A stretch of DNA of 62,936 nt. It comes from Hydrolagus affinis (Eukaryota). The stretch is from assembly GCA_012026655.1 (NCBI GenBank), contig JAAILG010001695.1:1-62936 (forward strand), read 5' to 3'. Made by a program: the position numbers and the translations under genes. This document shows, piece by piece, positions 1 to 13,100 of this stretch. Under the pieces are notes generated by a model. The model made no database searches. It was not told where the DNA came from and saw nothing but the letters and a program-made list of their open reading frames with translations. Within the stretch, counting starts at the first letter, position 1; every line of letters starts with the position of its first letter.

Positions 1-546
1 TGGGTGGGGGGTGGTTGGGTGGGGTGGGGGATGGCTGGGTGGATGGTCCTCTGGAGTTGCGCTGGCTTCCAAGCTCATGTATCTAGCAATGGAACATCAG
101 AATCAAGTCAACCCTTGGTGACCATTTTTTTTTAATAATGTCTGACTGCAGATGGGAAGCCCCCACCTGCCCTCTTCCCCACCTCGCCCACCAGTAGATT
201 ACAATGCTTGGACCCGCAGTTGTCATTGGTTTGGTGTAGATTAATGGCACTTGCAGGTGATCTTGAACACAGCCTCTCTAGCACTTTCGAAGGGGAAGTG
301 TGCACTTTTGATGGACCGGAATTTTCGGTTCTGTAAGACTAGAGACTTTCACATTACATGTCAGAATTTTCACTTCCTAGTTTCTTTTGGTGAGGAAGCT
401 ATAAATGGCACAACTTCTCTCGGATCATATGCATTCAGATGATGTGTAATCCGGCTCAAACATTATAGTACAGAGTAACTGGGCACTATTACCAGCGCCA
501 TCTATTCTGTTCAAGTCATCAATTATACTTCTTTGTTTGCTTCCAG

Positions 547-627
547 AAAGAAAAGAATAAATGGACTAAAGAGAGTGAACCAAAGGCGAGCTCGACTAGG
601 CCAGTTATCTTTGAAAAAGTGAAAGTG
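547..627 (+). CDS. SMAP2: SMAP2 exon ([27 protein letters not shown])
   Basis: ttccag| acceptor, |gtgagt donor, 81 nt, phase 0-0; similar to mammalian KEKDDKWK...PVVFEKVKM. Confidence 0.9.
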
Positions 628-3600
628 GTGAGTTCACAATTTGGTTCTGATTAAATCCAAATCTATCTGGGATTTTAATGTTTGCAAATGGGATTATTCC
701 TAATCAGGTAGCTGGCTGACTAATTTTCAGTTTGGGTGTGGAAACTGTACGACCTGGTTTATAAAGGTGTTGCAATTTGATATAATGTTGATGATTAAAA
801 CCACTTCATGTATATTGTCCCCCAATCTCTAGAAATCTTTACTCAATGCTCCATGCTCTCCAAATACCAACATACAGTAGAAGCCCATTTATTCGGCACC
901 CGCGGGACCTGGCCAATGCCGGTTAAAGCTCCTGCCGGATATTCAGAGGCCTGCAGCCGAAAACCCACCACAAAAAAATTAAGTTCTTTTAACACACACC
1001 ATGCACACCAGTCTAACTAATCACAGATGGTGGCAGAGTATTGTATTGGTACTTATTGTTGGGGCTGCTCTCTTGTGCTTCTCACCTTTACTGATTGGGG
1101 TTTGTAGTCCAGCGATTCTTTTTTGAGTGAGGGGCGCCGGGCAAGTGAAGAAGGCGGCAGAGCGATTTTAAAGTCGCGCGACTTTACTAGCTGCAAGCCG
1201 AAGCCCTAGACTACTAGCAGCAAACCGAAATACTGCACCTGCGCGACAATGTGGGTTATCGGCTAGCGTTATCGGCTTGCCGCTAGTATGACTCTGTAGT
1301 CATATGCGCTCCGTTTTTTTCACTTGCTTGGCGTGCTCCATTTTGGGAGGGGTCAATGGACTGTAAGCCTCAACCGCAGCATCATGGCTTCAAGCGCAGC
1401 ATCTACCAGGGGGAGTGGGGGGCGCGGGAGAGTGGTTTTGGCGGTGGGTACCAATACAATATTCTGTTATTATTTATGCATTTACAAATGCTTCACTGCT
1501 ATTGTTCTGGATAAGTTCCGGTTTATCGAATGGGGACTTTTTTTTGGTGTGCCGGTTATACGGAAGTGCCGGTGCATCGAGTAACGAATAAACGGGCTTC
1601 TACTGTATTCGCTTACAAAATAAAGTCATTGCACTTTATAGTGAAGTGGTTTGGGGACCAACCACCTTATCAAATGCAAGGATTATTATCTTCAACCTGC
1701 CCTTCCTCTCTAATGCTCTGGAAAATATCCTTCAGCACTTTCAGGCTCTGTCTATTTGGTGCCAGTCTGTTTGCAATATAGAGTGGCTTTCTGACTAAAT
1801 ACTCGTGCTTAAACAGTCAACATTTCCACCTTCGTCAGGTCACTGCTGACAACACTTACTTTACAGTGATGCCACAAGTGGTCTGCAATACCAGCTTAGA
1901 AGCCAGTTAGTCGGAGCCAAAATATAGCCTAGGACAGTTGTGCTAAACTGGGCCATGTAATTACTGAGTCTGCCTGTGTTGTCTATTAATTATAATAATC
2001 CTTGCATGTGATACATTGCTATATCATATCTTCGAGGCGTCTCAAAGTGCTTCACAGAGTATACTGTAAAGTATATTTTGTTAGCCAAATTAGAATAGTC
2101 TGTTCAGAATACGTAGGCAATTTGTTGGGTGTGCATTCGCCTGATCCACTTCTGTTGCTTGTGACAAGGAGGTGCTTAGTTTCTTATTAGCCTTTTCTCT
2201 GAACAGAACACTGTCACCTAATTTTGGTGAGGGGCTCACCAAATGACATTTGATTCGTGGCTGTCACGTCACCACTAATGTCCTGCTCACTGCTTTGAGG
2301 TTTTTTTACTCAATAAATTTGAACTGTAGACAAACACCCAGTCATTTTTACACCAACATGACTTGCGGAAAGAGACGAGCTTGAAGTGAAGTGCTAACAA
2401 TTGCAGATGTCTTGCTGATTGTGGCAGTAGTATGAGATGATACAGAGAATATTGCCCAATGTGAAGGACCTGATTCAGTTTGTCAGCTTTCTTTCTCCCT
2501 CCCCCATGCCATTCTAGCCTGTTAGTTAGCTAGTTTGTATATATATATAGATCAATATAAATTGATTTGAATCTTCTTTTCTCCACAAGCCCCCAAAGAG
2601 GGAAGAACCACAACAGTTGAAAACCAGTCCTTCAGTACCAGCTGGGCGGATAATGGACCTGCTGGGGCTAGGTAAGATAGCATCCCTGATGCTTCTCACT
2701 GAATTTGTATCTTCAGACAGACCACATTGATAATCCACTTCCTTTACATGTTTCCTGTTCTTAGCAAACAGAAAACTTTGTGCTGAGCATGATAATAGAA
2801 TATATGTCAGAGGAAATGACAGATAATCTATGAGGTGCTGCCATGGTCACACACTTGCATTGGCCTCTGGTTTTGGTTACTATTCTTGAATTCGTTTCAC
2901 TTCAGGAGGTGGAAAGAAAGATAGTATCACGGCGTGGGAAGTGGCTCTAAGATGATATGGCTACCGATGGAATATCTGAACTGAGTCGATCCTCTACCGT
3001 AGGTCTGCACTACTCCACTGCACTTTGATACCAGTCAACCTGGCTTGTCAACAGGACTTGGAGTAGAAGAGATAATGGGGGCAGGGATTCTTTCCACTCG
3101 GCTCCTGTTAATCCTGCAAGCTAAAGGCTTAATGGGTAGAGTGGCCTCTGTAACAGGAACCTTGCTAATCACTATAGCAATAAATAGCTGCATAATTTTA
3201 GCTGGTTAAATCTTAGTGCTTTCAAAAGCAATGCTTCTAGGGTCCCTAAGCTGCTTGGCTTGGATGTTAAGCATGATGATGGGTTTGCACGTGTGTCAGA
3301 CACAGTTGGCCGCCAATGACTGTAAGACATGTCAGTGTACAGTGAAGACTATTGGAAATCATTTAATTTTCATAACCATGCAGTGGATGGGGGAAAGTGA
3401 TGCACAACTAAATAATGGGGCCAAATGTGCTCTCCATGTCATATTTATCATATCGAATAAGACACGCACATACACATCACCATCGTCAACTCTGTCAGCA
3501 GGATTGAACTTCCTCTTTTGACTCCCTGTTAGCAAGGTGCTGACTGAGTTACTGAAAAGCCTGTAGAGTTGGAAAGTACACTGATAAAGACACTGTATTT

Positions 3601-6600
3601 TATGGCCTCTTTCCTGTCTACCATTGAGGGTAGTGTTGTGGGTGGGGGGGGGGGGCGGGGGCGAGAAAGGGAACTTTTCTGCAGCTTCTTCAATGTGTTA
3701 ATTACATGCAGGTGCACTGGGTCACTGCTCCCAACCCCTTCCTGTGAAAGGTGCTGTTTAAATACAAGTCGTCGTTGTGGGTTGAAAATTTAGCCTTGGC
3801 TTTGCTTAATTTTCTCGCTTCTTGAGTTGGCGTTCTCCCCATGCTGTTTGATATTTCCTGAGTTCAGTTGTTGCTACTATGATAAGCTGCTTGGTATGCG
3901 AGGGGTGTTGCTAACACTTCCACTGCATTACAGTGCCTTTACTCTCTGCATTGCTTCACTTTCTCATGCCCCTTGTAAAACTAAGAGATCTCCTCCACCA
4001 ACGCCCTTCCTTGTGTGCATCCATTGTAGTTTTTCTCACCCACTTTGTACCTTTCACATCTTGTAGCATAGTGTCAGACGCTAGCAATCCTGAACAATTC
4101 CTGAGCATGAGCTGTGTGGAGAGTATTTGTAGGGTTCTTCTTTACTCCCATTTGATGTCAAACTTTAATCTCCTTACTTCCCCATTTTCTGTCTTCTTCC
4201 CCAGGCAATGTGGCTAATGTTAGCTCGCTGTGTACCGAGTAATCAATTGGCCACAACTGACATTGTTCATGCGTTTCACACAACTCTATATCTCTGATTC
4301 CATTCCTCGACTCCAGGATCGATGCTCTTCTGACCGATTTCCTGGTGGACAGCATGTTGTGGAGGAGCTGAAATGTTCTCCAGTTGAATGTCGACCACAT
4401 CTGTGCTCTCTCTTGTTCGGCTATTCTCCACATCTCCGCCATTACTTCTCACTCCAGGCAACTGAGACTCATCTACACCAAAATAATCACCCCAAAACTT
4501 AGCTTCCCCAACCTCCCACACATCCGATCAAGTTTGAGAGACTTTTCTCTCATTTTAATTCCTCCATAGTCTTGCTCCGCCCGACACCTTTTCTAATCCA
4601 GCCATTCCCTTCACTCGGCCGACACTGGCTTAGTTCACGTTTCTTTATTCTATCTGCCCACCATCAGCTGACAGGTTTTCAGCTACTTGGTGCTGTGCTC
4701 TGGAATGCACTTCCTGAGTCCCTCCAATTCCCCCTCATCCCTCTTAAGGTACACCTAACTACCTCTTTAACCAGTCATTTCTTTCTCATTCCTTTAGTTT
4801 CGCTGCCCAGTCATTGTTAGTCTTGAAGCATTTTGAAAGATATTACACAAGTGTAGCTTGTTTTGTGCAACTTTTCATGGAAATAACTGCATATAACATG
4901 CAAAACAGAAGTGAACAGATAAAATCTTAAGTGGCACTAACCTTGCATTCCATTTCCTCTTACCTTTTGACTTGTCAAAGCTTCTTTTTAATCTTTAAAC
5001 TGGATTGTTTGTGTTCAGGAACTAAACTGTGGATGGTGTTCTAAAGTCTTCTGTTTATTTTCCTAGATGCTCCTGTGGCTGCACCTGTTCCCAATGGGTC
5101 CCCGAGTGTAACTGCAGCTTTTCCTAGTGATGACCTTTTCGGTCCCATGATGTCTAATCCACTGACTGAATCCAGCCCACACACACACCAGGTTTGTGTG
5201 ATCTTCTGCAACCACAGATGTGCACTCTGGAGCCTTTGACACTCGATTGTTTTGGCTTAGGTTAAATGCATTGTGTGGAATGACTTGAGTGCAATGGATC
5301 CCTATTCATCTCATCCATTAAATATTCATTTCATTATATGGATAACAATGCTCTTTGATTACACTAGTGATCTGTTGAGTGAAACAGTAGATTGCAGAAA
5401 TCTCTACTCCGATGGTCATAGACAGGCATATTTTCATTTCAGTGCATTAACATTGTGTATAGCGAATTGTACATCCTCCCGACGTGAAAGATACTGTATA
5501 AATATAATTTTGTTGGATGTAAATATATCCAACTTCAGGCTACTTACAAAGAAATACAGCAACGGAACAGGCCACTTGGTCCAGCCCATCGGTAGGCTAG
5601 TGTTTATACTCCAAATGAGTTTCTACCCATTCCTTACTCCTTCCCATATCCTCTATTCCCCTCTTCATCTTGAACGCATTTATACTATCTGCTCCAAGCA
5701 CTGTGTCAGGCAGCGAGTAAACTTTATTGCTTTGAATATGTAGTTCAGTGGTTCCCAACCTCGGGTCCTGACCCAAATCAGGGTCGCAGGGGTCCTCAGT
5801 AGGGTTGCAAAGGGTCATCAGATTTTTTTTGTCCCCTTAAATGTTGAAAATGCTTTTTCAACGCTTTAAAAAAAAAGCTTTTAACGCTTAAAAAAAAAAT
5901 GCGACACCGCCGACCAATTTGTATAAAGATCGTACGTACGAGTTGCGCTGAGTCCACAAAACAGACGGAGATAACGTTTTGGCTGAGCTGAGCTTTAGTC
6001 ACGATATCGCCCCCTAGTGGTGGGAAGACCAGTTGGAGGATAATTATCTCAGCAAAAAAAGGTTGGGAACCACTGATGTAGCTTCACAATACTTACAGTT
6101 TACAGTTTGTCAAACAGCGTCCGTTATCCAACAGTCACAACCCAACCAGTCTTGTTTGTGTTCAAGGGCCCCAGGGGTGTTGGAACACTGGGCTGTGCCT
6201 GTGTTTTGCCCACAAAATATACAGTCAATTCAGTATATTCTACTGAATTCTATGCATGCACGTAATTAGAAGCTAAGATGTTCTCCATTTTGTTAGCTGG
6301 CCAAAAAACTTTACCCACCACTGTCATTAGGGAAGATTACAGGGTTTAGGTTTGATATGCCTTGAACCTACAATGAGATTGCTACCCAGCAGGCCAAGTG
6401 GCCTGGTTAACTGGGTACATCTACTTTGTTTCAAAACACAAAATACTACAGATGTTGGGAATCTGAAACAAAAACAAAAGTTGCTGGGGAAACTCAGCAG
6501 GTCAGGCAGCATCCATGGAGAAAGGAAAAAGAGTCAACGTTTCGGGTCTACAATCCTTCGCCACTTTGTTTATTGTAAATCTGCTGTCTGCTTGGCTTTG

Positions 6601-9600
6601 CCTTAGGTTCATGGAGAAGGAGTAGCTATAGCTCAGTCTGGGTGGCATTGCCAGGCAGGGAATGAATGCAAGGCTAAGCCATATGTGGAGCCTCAGGTAG
6701 GCTAAGGGCCTGGGGCTGAGGGAAGGGAGCAGAATCGAGCAGCCCACTAGTCTCTGATGAACATCATGGTGGGGGTTGTGGGGGGGGTGGAGAAGACCAG
6801 AGAAAATAATTAAAAACTTTACCTTTACCCCATCTTGTCTTGCAGGCTGCACCCCCTGCTGCAACAGGAGAGGCTGAGAGCCTGAACCTCTTTGCTGAAC
6901 CTACTCCAAAAGTGGACGAATCTGGGAAGAAACAGCTCTCCAAGGATTCCATCTTGTCACTTTACGGTTCGCAGACGCACCAAGTACCTGCTCAAGGTGT
7001 GTTTCCTAATTCATAAAATTAGGTAATTTTACGTAGTCAATGTGGCCTGCTGGATAGCGATCTCACTGTAGGCTCAAGCCATATCAAACCTTGAACCCAT
7101 AGTCAGGGCTGATAGTCCAGTTTACTGCTAGGGGAATGCTGCATTGTTCAAAGGTGCCATTCTGTCATTGAGATGTTAAACGGAATTCCTTTATCGGCCA
7201 AACTCTCGGGTGAATGTTAAACATCCCATTCAAAAATAGATGGGAGTTTCTCCTCGTGTCCTGGCCAACAAACCGCCAGATATATTATTTATTCACCTCA
7301 TGGCTGTTGTTTGCTGACAATAACAAGGCACTACACTTGATAGTGATTACTATGAACAGTTTGAGCTATTTTAATGTAAGCACTATGAAAAATGCAAATT
7401 TTCTTTCCTTTGAGAATACAATAGTTGCACGGCTGCATGCTCTGGTGCACCTCGCTCCTTCCCCTCTCTTATCATACGGTTGCCGCATATTTCTGCAAAC
7501 TGTTGTGCTGCAGGAGTTCATCGCAAAGTCGGTGAAAGCAGAGAGTACTTCAAATATTTATGTAGTCCCATCTCTGCTAGTCACAGTTGAGATATGACCT
7601 GTTTGGTATTGGGATCACAGTACAAAGCTTTCACCACACTGAGCCAGCAATTGGCCACCTTATTTCCTTAAGAACTTCAGACAAATGTTTGCATCAGGTA
7701 AACTTTGCAGTTCAACTTCAATTCCTTTTTAAAAAAAAATGAATTAGTCACTCAATCGACGACTGTTTGTGGGACACTGCTGTACACAATTGGCTGCGGT
7801 GTTTCGCTCACAAAATGTACAGTCGATTCACTTCACAGTATATTCTGTAAAGTGAAGCACTTTGAGATGTTCATAAATGTAACGATTTATATTGTTACTA
7901 ATTGCTTTGCATTCTCCAGCTTCCTCTGTGTCTCTACCCACGTTATTCTCCCTTATACAGGGTGTCTGCGCTTGTGGCACACATTGGTACTTGGATCTTC
8001 CCCCTACATTTCCTGTTGTGTTCTTGCTTCACTACTGCTGAATCCTTTATCCGTACTTTTATTTTCTGAGGAATAGAATTTTTCAACGCTCTCCTTGGGA
8101 TCCAGCATCCATGCTACACTCACTGGAAGCTTCAGTTGATCCCTACATTTTCATCCTACGCAACAATCTTTTCCAGCCAACCTCATGCTTGGCTGACCCT
8201 GGTCTTTTGCTTGCTGTTCATTTCCTTCGCTCCACTAGTGATTGTTGAGCTTTCATTGACGCTATTCTCTGAACTCTTTCTGTAACCGCTTTGCCTCTCA
8301 GCTTGCCTTCAAAATTCCTCAAGCATATCTCTTCAACTGAGCTTCTAATCAACAACTTTCAATCTTTCCATGTCTGGTCTCCATTTGAGGTATTGTTTTA
8401 CATCAAAGTTGCTATATAAGTGTGTTAATAAACTAATTGATTTGATGTTCCCTTGTGAAAGATGAATCAGAATAATCCATATGATTTAGCGACTTATCAC
8501 ATCTTCAAGACATCTCAAAGTGCTTCACAGAATATACTGTAGAGTGAATTGATTGCATATTTTGTGGGCAAAACATGGCAGTCGATTGTACACAAGTCGT
8601 GGATCGAGTGACAAATTTATAATTATTTAAATTTATTTCTGAAGCGCATTCAGGCCAGTGTCAACTGCAACCAAAGGTTAACAACAGCAAAGTGACTAAT
8701 TGTCTCCCCCTTTTTTTGACAGGTGCCATGTTCATGCCCTCTGCTCAGATGCCATATGCCGCCTGCCCACCATCTGGCTATCCAAGTTTCCCAGCTATGG
8801 GTGGTACAGTGACTCCGCCCAATAACATGATGGGACAGTCAATGGGCATGATGGCGATGCCAGCAGGGTTTGTTGGCAACATGCACCCTGGGGTAATGGG
8901 AGTGCCTAATGGAGTGATGGCAGCACAAGGAGGATACATGGGTGGCATGGGTATGCAACAGCCAGTGTACAGGGTGCAACAGGCACAGCAGTTGCAGTGG
9001 AATATTGCTCAGGTAAAAATCTAGGTTGCCGATATTGCTTTGTTGTACGCTCAAGATAATAATAATCCTTGCATTTGATATAGCGCTTTTCACATCTTAT
9101 CGATGTCTCAAAGCGCTTCAGAGAACATACTGTAAAGTGAATTGACTATATATTTGTGGGCAAATCACAGCAGCCAATTGCACACAGCAGTGTCCCACAA
9201 ACAGTCGTGGATTGAAATGACCAATTTTATTATTGTGGTTTTTTTGGAGGGATTATTATTAGGCGTGTGGGGTAAGGAAACTTGCCCAAGGTTTCACCCT
9301 GACCTGCCTGGATTTGAACACAGGTCTCCCCAGCTTGGTCTCCCCAGCTTGCAAGACAAGTGTTCTATAACCACTAAGCCACAGGAGCTCCAAGATAGCT
9401 CCCATAAACTACAATTCCTACTGCCTCCCCTCTCTCCCCCCCACCCCACCCACCCAAAAAAAAACAACGTTGCTAATCACTGACTGATGTAAATGTCTAG
9501 TTGTCAGCCTCGCTCAATTTGTATCACACTTGTGTCAGTGTTTTATTGGTGTAAACCCCACATTGGGTCTTTGAGCTGAGTCTTGGTTGACAGCCAAATG

Positions 9601-10114
9601 CTGGAGCACTGCACTGTTTCAGGTTGCGTCCTTTGGTGGAGACATTAAATAAGTCTCTGCCTCCGTTTTTCTAGAGCTTGCTTCACAAATCCTTTTACCT
9701 TGTCTCTCCCTTCTCTCTCTGCTTTCAAAACCCATGTAAACTCCCAACAAAACCTTCACCTACCTTCCTTCAACCCCTATCGCTTGTCTAGCTTGGGTTC
9801 CCACTCAGGCTTTGAAGCACTTTGAGATGTTCTGTATAGTGTAGTACGTGTCTTAGTGTTGCAGCTGTCCCTTTCTATCACAATGGACTTGTTAATGATT
9901 CTAGGATTTGCCTCTGTCTCCTCTTGATGTTGAAACTCGCCTTACAAAGTCCTCAAATTGTTATCGTCTTTGTTTTCAGATGACCCATCAGATGGCGGGC
10001 TTCAACTTTTATGGTGCTGGAGGTGTGGTGGGCTATGGGCAGCCGTCGGTATCGATGGGGGCGGGCACAGCACCAGCTTCCAGTCAATCTCTCAGCTCCC
10101 AGATGTGGAAATAA
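547..10114 (+). CDS. SMAP2: SMAP2 (stromal membrane-associated protein 2, ArfGAP), 5'-partial; join(547..627,2590..2671,5067..5191,6846..6996,8723..9012,9980..10114)
   Basis: Six GT-AG exons with consistent phases (0/1/0/1/0) give 864 nt. The protein contains the motifs [16 protein letters not shown] (clathrin box), [14 protein letters not shown], a Met/Gly/Pro-rich region, QQLQWN and C-terminal SQMWK*, all matching SMAP2 as I recall it. It lies next to RIMS3 as in other vertebrates. The ArfGAP exons are upstream of the window. Confidence 0.95.
875..1605. mobile_element. Non-autonomous Tc1/mariner (pogo/Tigger-like) DNA transposon, 731 bp
   Basis: TIRs cagtagaagcccatttattcg / cgaataaacgggcttctactg, flanked by TA on both sides; CpG-rich interior; no transposase ORF. 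Confidence 0.85.
2590..2671 (+). CDS. SMAP2: SMAP2 exon ([27 protein letters not shown])
   Basis: Pyrimidine tract plus ccacaag| acceptor, |gtaaga donor, 82 nt; encodes most of the LLGLD clathrin box. Confidence 0.9.
4270..4860 (+). mobile_element. Degenerate L2-clade LINE (RT C-terminal part and 3' end)
   Basis: TQLYIS motif followed by L.LN...TE-like remnants; 3' ctctggaatgcacttcctgagtccctcc. Confidence 0.6.
5067..5191 (+). CDS. SMAP2: SMAP2 exon ([42 protein letters not shown])
   Basis: ttttcctag| acceptor, |gtttgt donor, 125 nt, phase 1-0; DAPVA matches SMAP2. Confidence 0.9.
5746..6075. mobile_element. hAT (Charlie-like) MITE, 330 bp
   Basis: 16-bp TIR cagtggttcccaacct / aggttgggaaccactg; 8-bp TSD atgtagtt / atgtagct (7/8 match). 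Confidence 0.85.
6007..6021 (-). promoter_or_regulatory. CTCF core motif inside the hAT MITE
   Basis: tcgccccctagtggt reads ACCACTAGGGGGCGA on the minus strand, matching the CTCF consensus CCACYAGRGGGCR. Confidence 0.55.
6440..6560. mobile_element. Common chondrichthyan interspersed repeat (possibly Penelope-associated)
   Basis: gttgctggggaaactcagcaggtcaggcagcatccatggag...aacgtttcgggtc resembles a repeat I recall from shark and ray genomes; class uncertain. Confidence 0.45.
6846..6996 (+). CDS. SMAP2: SMAP2 exon ([50 protein letters not shown])
   Basis: cttgcag| acceptor, |gtgtgt donor, 151 nt; conserved [14 protein letters not shown]. Confidence 0.93.
7040..7405 (+). mobile_element. Old Deu-domain SINE (SacSINE1/AmnSINE-like)
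   Basis: gggaatgctgcattgttcaaaggtgccatt...gagatgttaaac...gaatgttaaacatccc...gagtttctcctcgtgtcctggccaa resembles the Deu-SINE core as I recall it. Confidence 0.6.
8723..9012 (+). CDS. SMAP2: SMAP2 exon (Met/Gly/Pro-rich region ending QQLQWNIAQ)
   Basis: tttttgacag| acceptor, |gtaaaa donor, 290 nt; inside track ORF 8692..9024. Confidence 0.93.
9056..9391 (-). mobile_element. tRNA-derived SINE, full-length (short subfamily)
   Basis: Minus strand reads tRNA-like head, conserved body (gtgggacactgctgtgtgcaattggctgc...) and tail gcgctatatcaaatgcaagg(att)n. Confidence 0.85.
9980..10114 (+). CDS. SMAP2: SMAP2 last coding exon ([12 protein letters not shown]...SLSSQMWK*)
   Basis: gttttcag| acceptor; TAA ends at 10114; C-terminus matches SMAP2 (MTQQMAGMNFYG...QMWK). 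Confidence 0.93.
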   Translation: MTHQMAGFNFYGAGGVVGYGQPSVSMGAGTAPASSQSLSSQMWK

Positions 10115-13100
10115 AGGGAAGGAAGAGGGAGGAAGCGAAGGGACTAGATTCTCTCGTTTTAAAATGTGCAGAGGACATTTTGGGGCTTTTTTTGTACCAC
10201 TTCAGCCGCATAGCTTTCTGCGACTCAACTCCATATCAGGCGGTCGGATCTTTGTATAGATTTTATAACTCACCACCAGAATGGCGGGCCTCCATAACCA
10301 AAGTCATTTTTAAAAGTCTATTTTTGCAATGGTAAAAGGAAAGTGAATCATTTCATGGAAGGATGAGTGTGTTGTTGAACGTTGCACTGTGGAGTGGATT
10401 GATGCTTTTACTGGAGCTGTTGGCTTTGTGTGAATTTCACAGTCTTCATTACTGCAGTCAAGTGTCTCTAATTGGCAAAGCTGTTGACTTTAGTTTGTCT
10501 GCTGAGCTCAAGTGGAATCACTTGATTCCTCAAGATGCGGCACCAGGAACAAGTAATCAGTGGAGAATATAAATTCTATTGATGGAGTGGGGGTAGGTTG
10601 GTTGGAGAGGGGTTGGTGAAGGGGAGGGCAGTGAATGTATCACACTTATATTTTCACAGATTCAATCTTCAGGTCTCCCCATAACAGTGAATATTAGATG
10701 TCTGTTTTATACACTGCAACTTGGTGGTGGGAAGGGTGGCTGGAGGGGTGGGTGGGGGGTTTGAACACATACATATATATATATATATATATAAATATAA
10801 ATCATTACTTTGCCACCTAAAGCGTCTTGATTAAGGAATTGTTGTCTGAAGGGCTGATTCAATAATTGGTGCATATATCGAAGCTTAATGGCTTGTTCTC
10901 TACATCAATGCATTGAAGTTGTGCTTTTCATAGTTTTTTGCCGTGCTTTGCTTTGACTGTTGATGGCTCTTTTGCCTGTACAAGGCCTGAGCTGCAACAT
11001 ATGGGTCTAGATTAGAATTTCAATACATCAGTGAGTCCCTCCATTGCTGGGACAACCCGCTTTATTACAAGCTTTATTATTGCGTCTACTCCACCAGCCT
11101 GGGTGAGCAAAGCTGTTAATACACAAGTTAAGACATTCATCATCTCATCTCTACACAGGTCTCTGCTACTCCCAAACTACCCAGTGTGAAGTTCAGATTC
11201 AATGTTTTATTCAAACTGCATTTAAAAAGCAGGAAGTGCCATTGGGTGAGGTGTCAGAGGTCCCTCAGTCATGCTTACCCCATACTTTCTGTCGACCTTG
11301 AAGTTCCTAGAGTAGAGGGAAGGAATACTGAAACCCCTGATTTATTCACTACCTGTGGAGAGTGGACAATGTGTGGAGTGCAGCAGCTTTTTAAGAGGGT
11401 TGTGGAGTCTGTTGCCAATTGGCCTAATTGTTGGGACTCTTCTTGGCTGCTGGTTGCTCTAACCCCTGTAGCTCCACGTCAACATTTGCTGACTATCTGT
11501 GGTTAGTGCAGTTGTTTCCACCTCATTATACAGGCTCTTTACATATGGTACTTTGCTCCCCATTGCAAGCCTGCTGACATGGGAGCTAGCTGTGTGGAAT
11601 GGATCGGAGCCAGCCCGTTTAGCACTCCTTCCAGAATCTCTGGGAATGGCCACTATTGAAGAGTAGCCACGAATGGAAGTGGAAATTATTTGTAGGTGGG
11701 AAGTGTGGAAGCAACCTTCAAAAATACTGTACGCTTCCTGTCTCGTGTATTTTCACCTGCCCAAGTTTTTTGTGTGCAATGGTACAAACAGAAGGAGCAG
11801 GAAAAGCACTCTTACTCTTGTTCATGCTGTTTTGATGACTGCCTTTGACTGTCTCAGGGATTAAGGGAGAGGTCTAAACTCTCCACTTTTTAACGGCCAT
11901 TATGACCATGAATGGTCCCTAGTCTCGCAGAGTTGAGTGTTGGGCTCGGCCCAATTAGTCTCTCCCAGCACCTTGAATAACCTTGAATGTCCAATGCAAG
12001 GAGTGCTCTACCCATTTGCTCTGACTAATGTAAAACATTTTGAGGTCTTCTGCAGCTAAATATGCCATTTCTGCTCCTTTCAAAAATGTTTGTTTACAAT
12101 GATGGGAAATCCAGATTTCCCCCTTTTGTCCAGTGGGTGTTGAATGGGATTGGGTGTAACTTGTGTGTTTTAGGAACTGAGCTGAGAATGTGTAGGTACT
12201 GGAAAATGACATGGATTTTCACAGATGCACACATGTTGGATTGTTTTGTTGGAGTCTTCACCACTTGCCACAACTAGGCGACTTATTGAAAGGCCACTGA
12301 CCTACTGATTGTAGAAAATCAACCATCCCCCCCCCCCCACCCGTCCTCATTCCCCCCCCCCGGTGTGTGAAAAATACAAAAGTAGGAGTCATAGTTTAGG
12401 TAATATTGGATGGGGGTGTTTTCACTTCCTGTGTGGATTCTCGGGGTGACTGCCTCCATAGTGCAGTTAGTTCAGCTCGGTTGCATTCTAAGTGCACGGC
12501 ATTGCGTACTTGTGGAACACCACAGAAGGGAGGTGACTACAAATTATATCCCTCTACCCTCAGCTGGATTCCAGTGACTATGGTAGTTCCAAAATTTAAG
12601 TGAAGTTGTTCAAAAACGGTGCAATTAAGGATGAATCAAGTAAAGCCTGGTGTGACATGAAGCATGGGGCATTGAGCAATTCTTAAGAGTTCTGGCTGCG
12701 ATTTCCAATCGAGCAGATACTGTACTCGTGGATTGGGAAGCCAAGCAATGTAATTGTAATGCCCTGCAACGGATATAAATGCTTCAATGTTTCATTATGG
12801 CAATTATGTGATGCTTTCATTTTTTTTAAAAAAAGTGATATTTGCATAAAATTAGGGAAAAATTTGGTGCTAAAGCTTGAGTGGATGTCGGGCTGAGAAC
12901 CACTGATCAGCTTTATTATCTTGGCATTTCATTTTTTGTGTGGCTGAAGTCTCTGCTGATATCCTATCTAGCAATCTGTGCCTTCATTTGCGTCAAATCT
13001 GTCCCAGGTGCCTCCAGGTCGCATCCATCTCTGCCTCTACGTGGGTGCATGTCCGCTTTTGCTGCTGTCGTAATACCATCTCAGCTCGCTCAGCTTTGTC

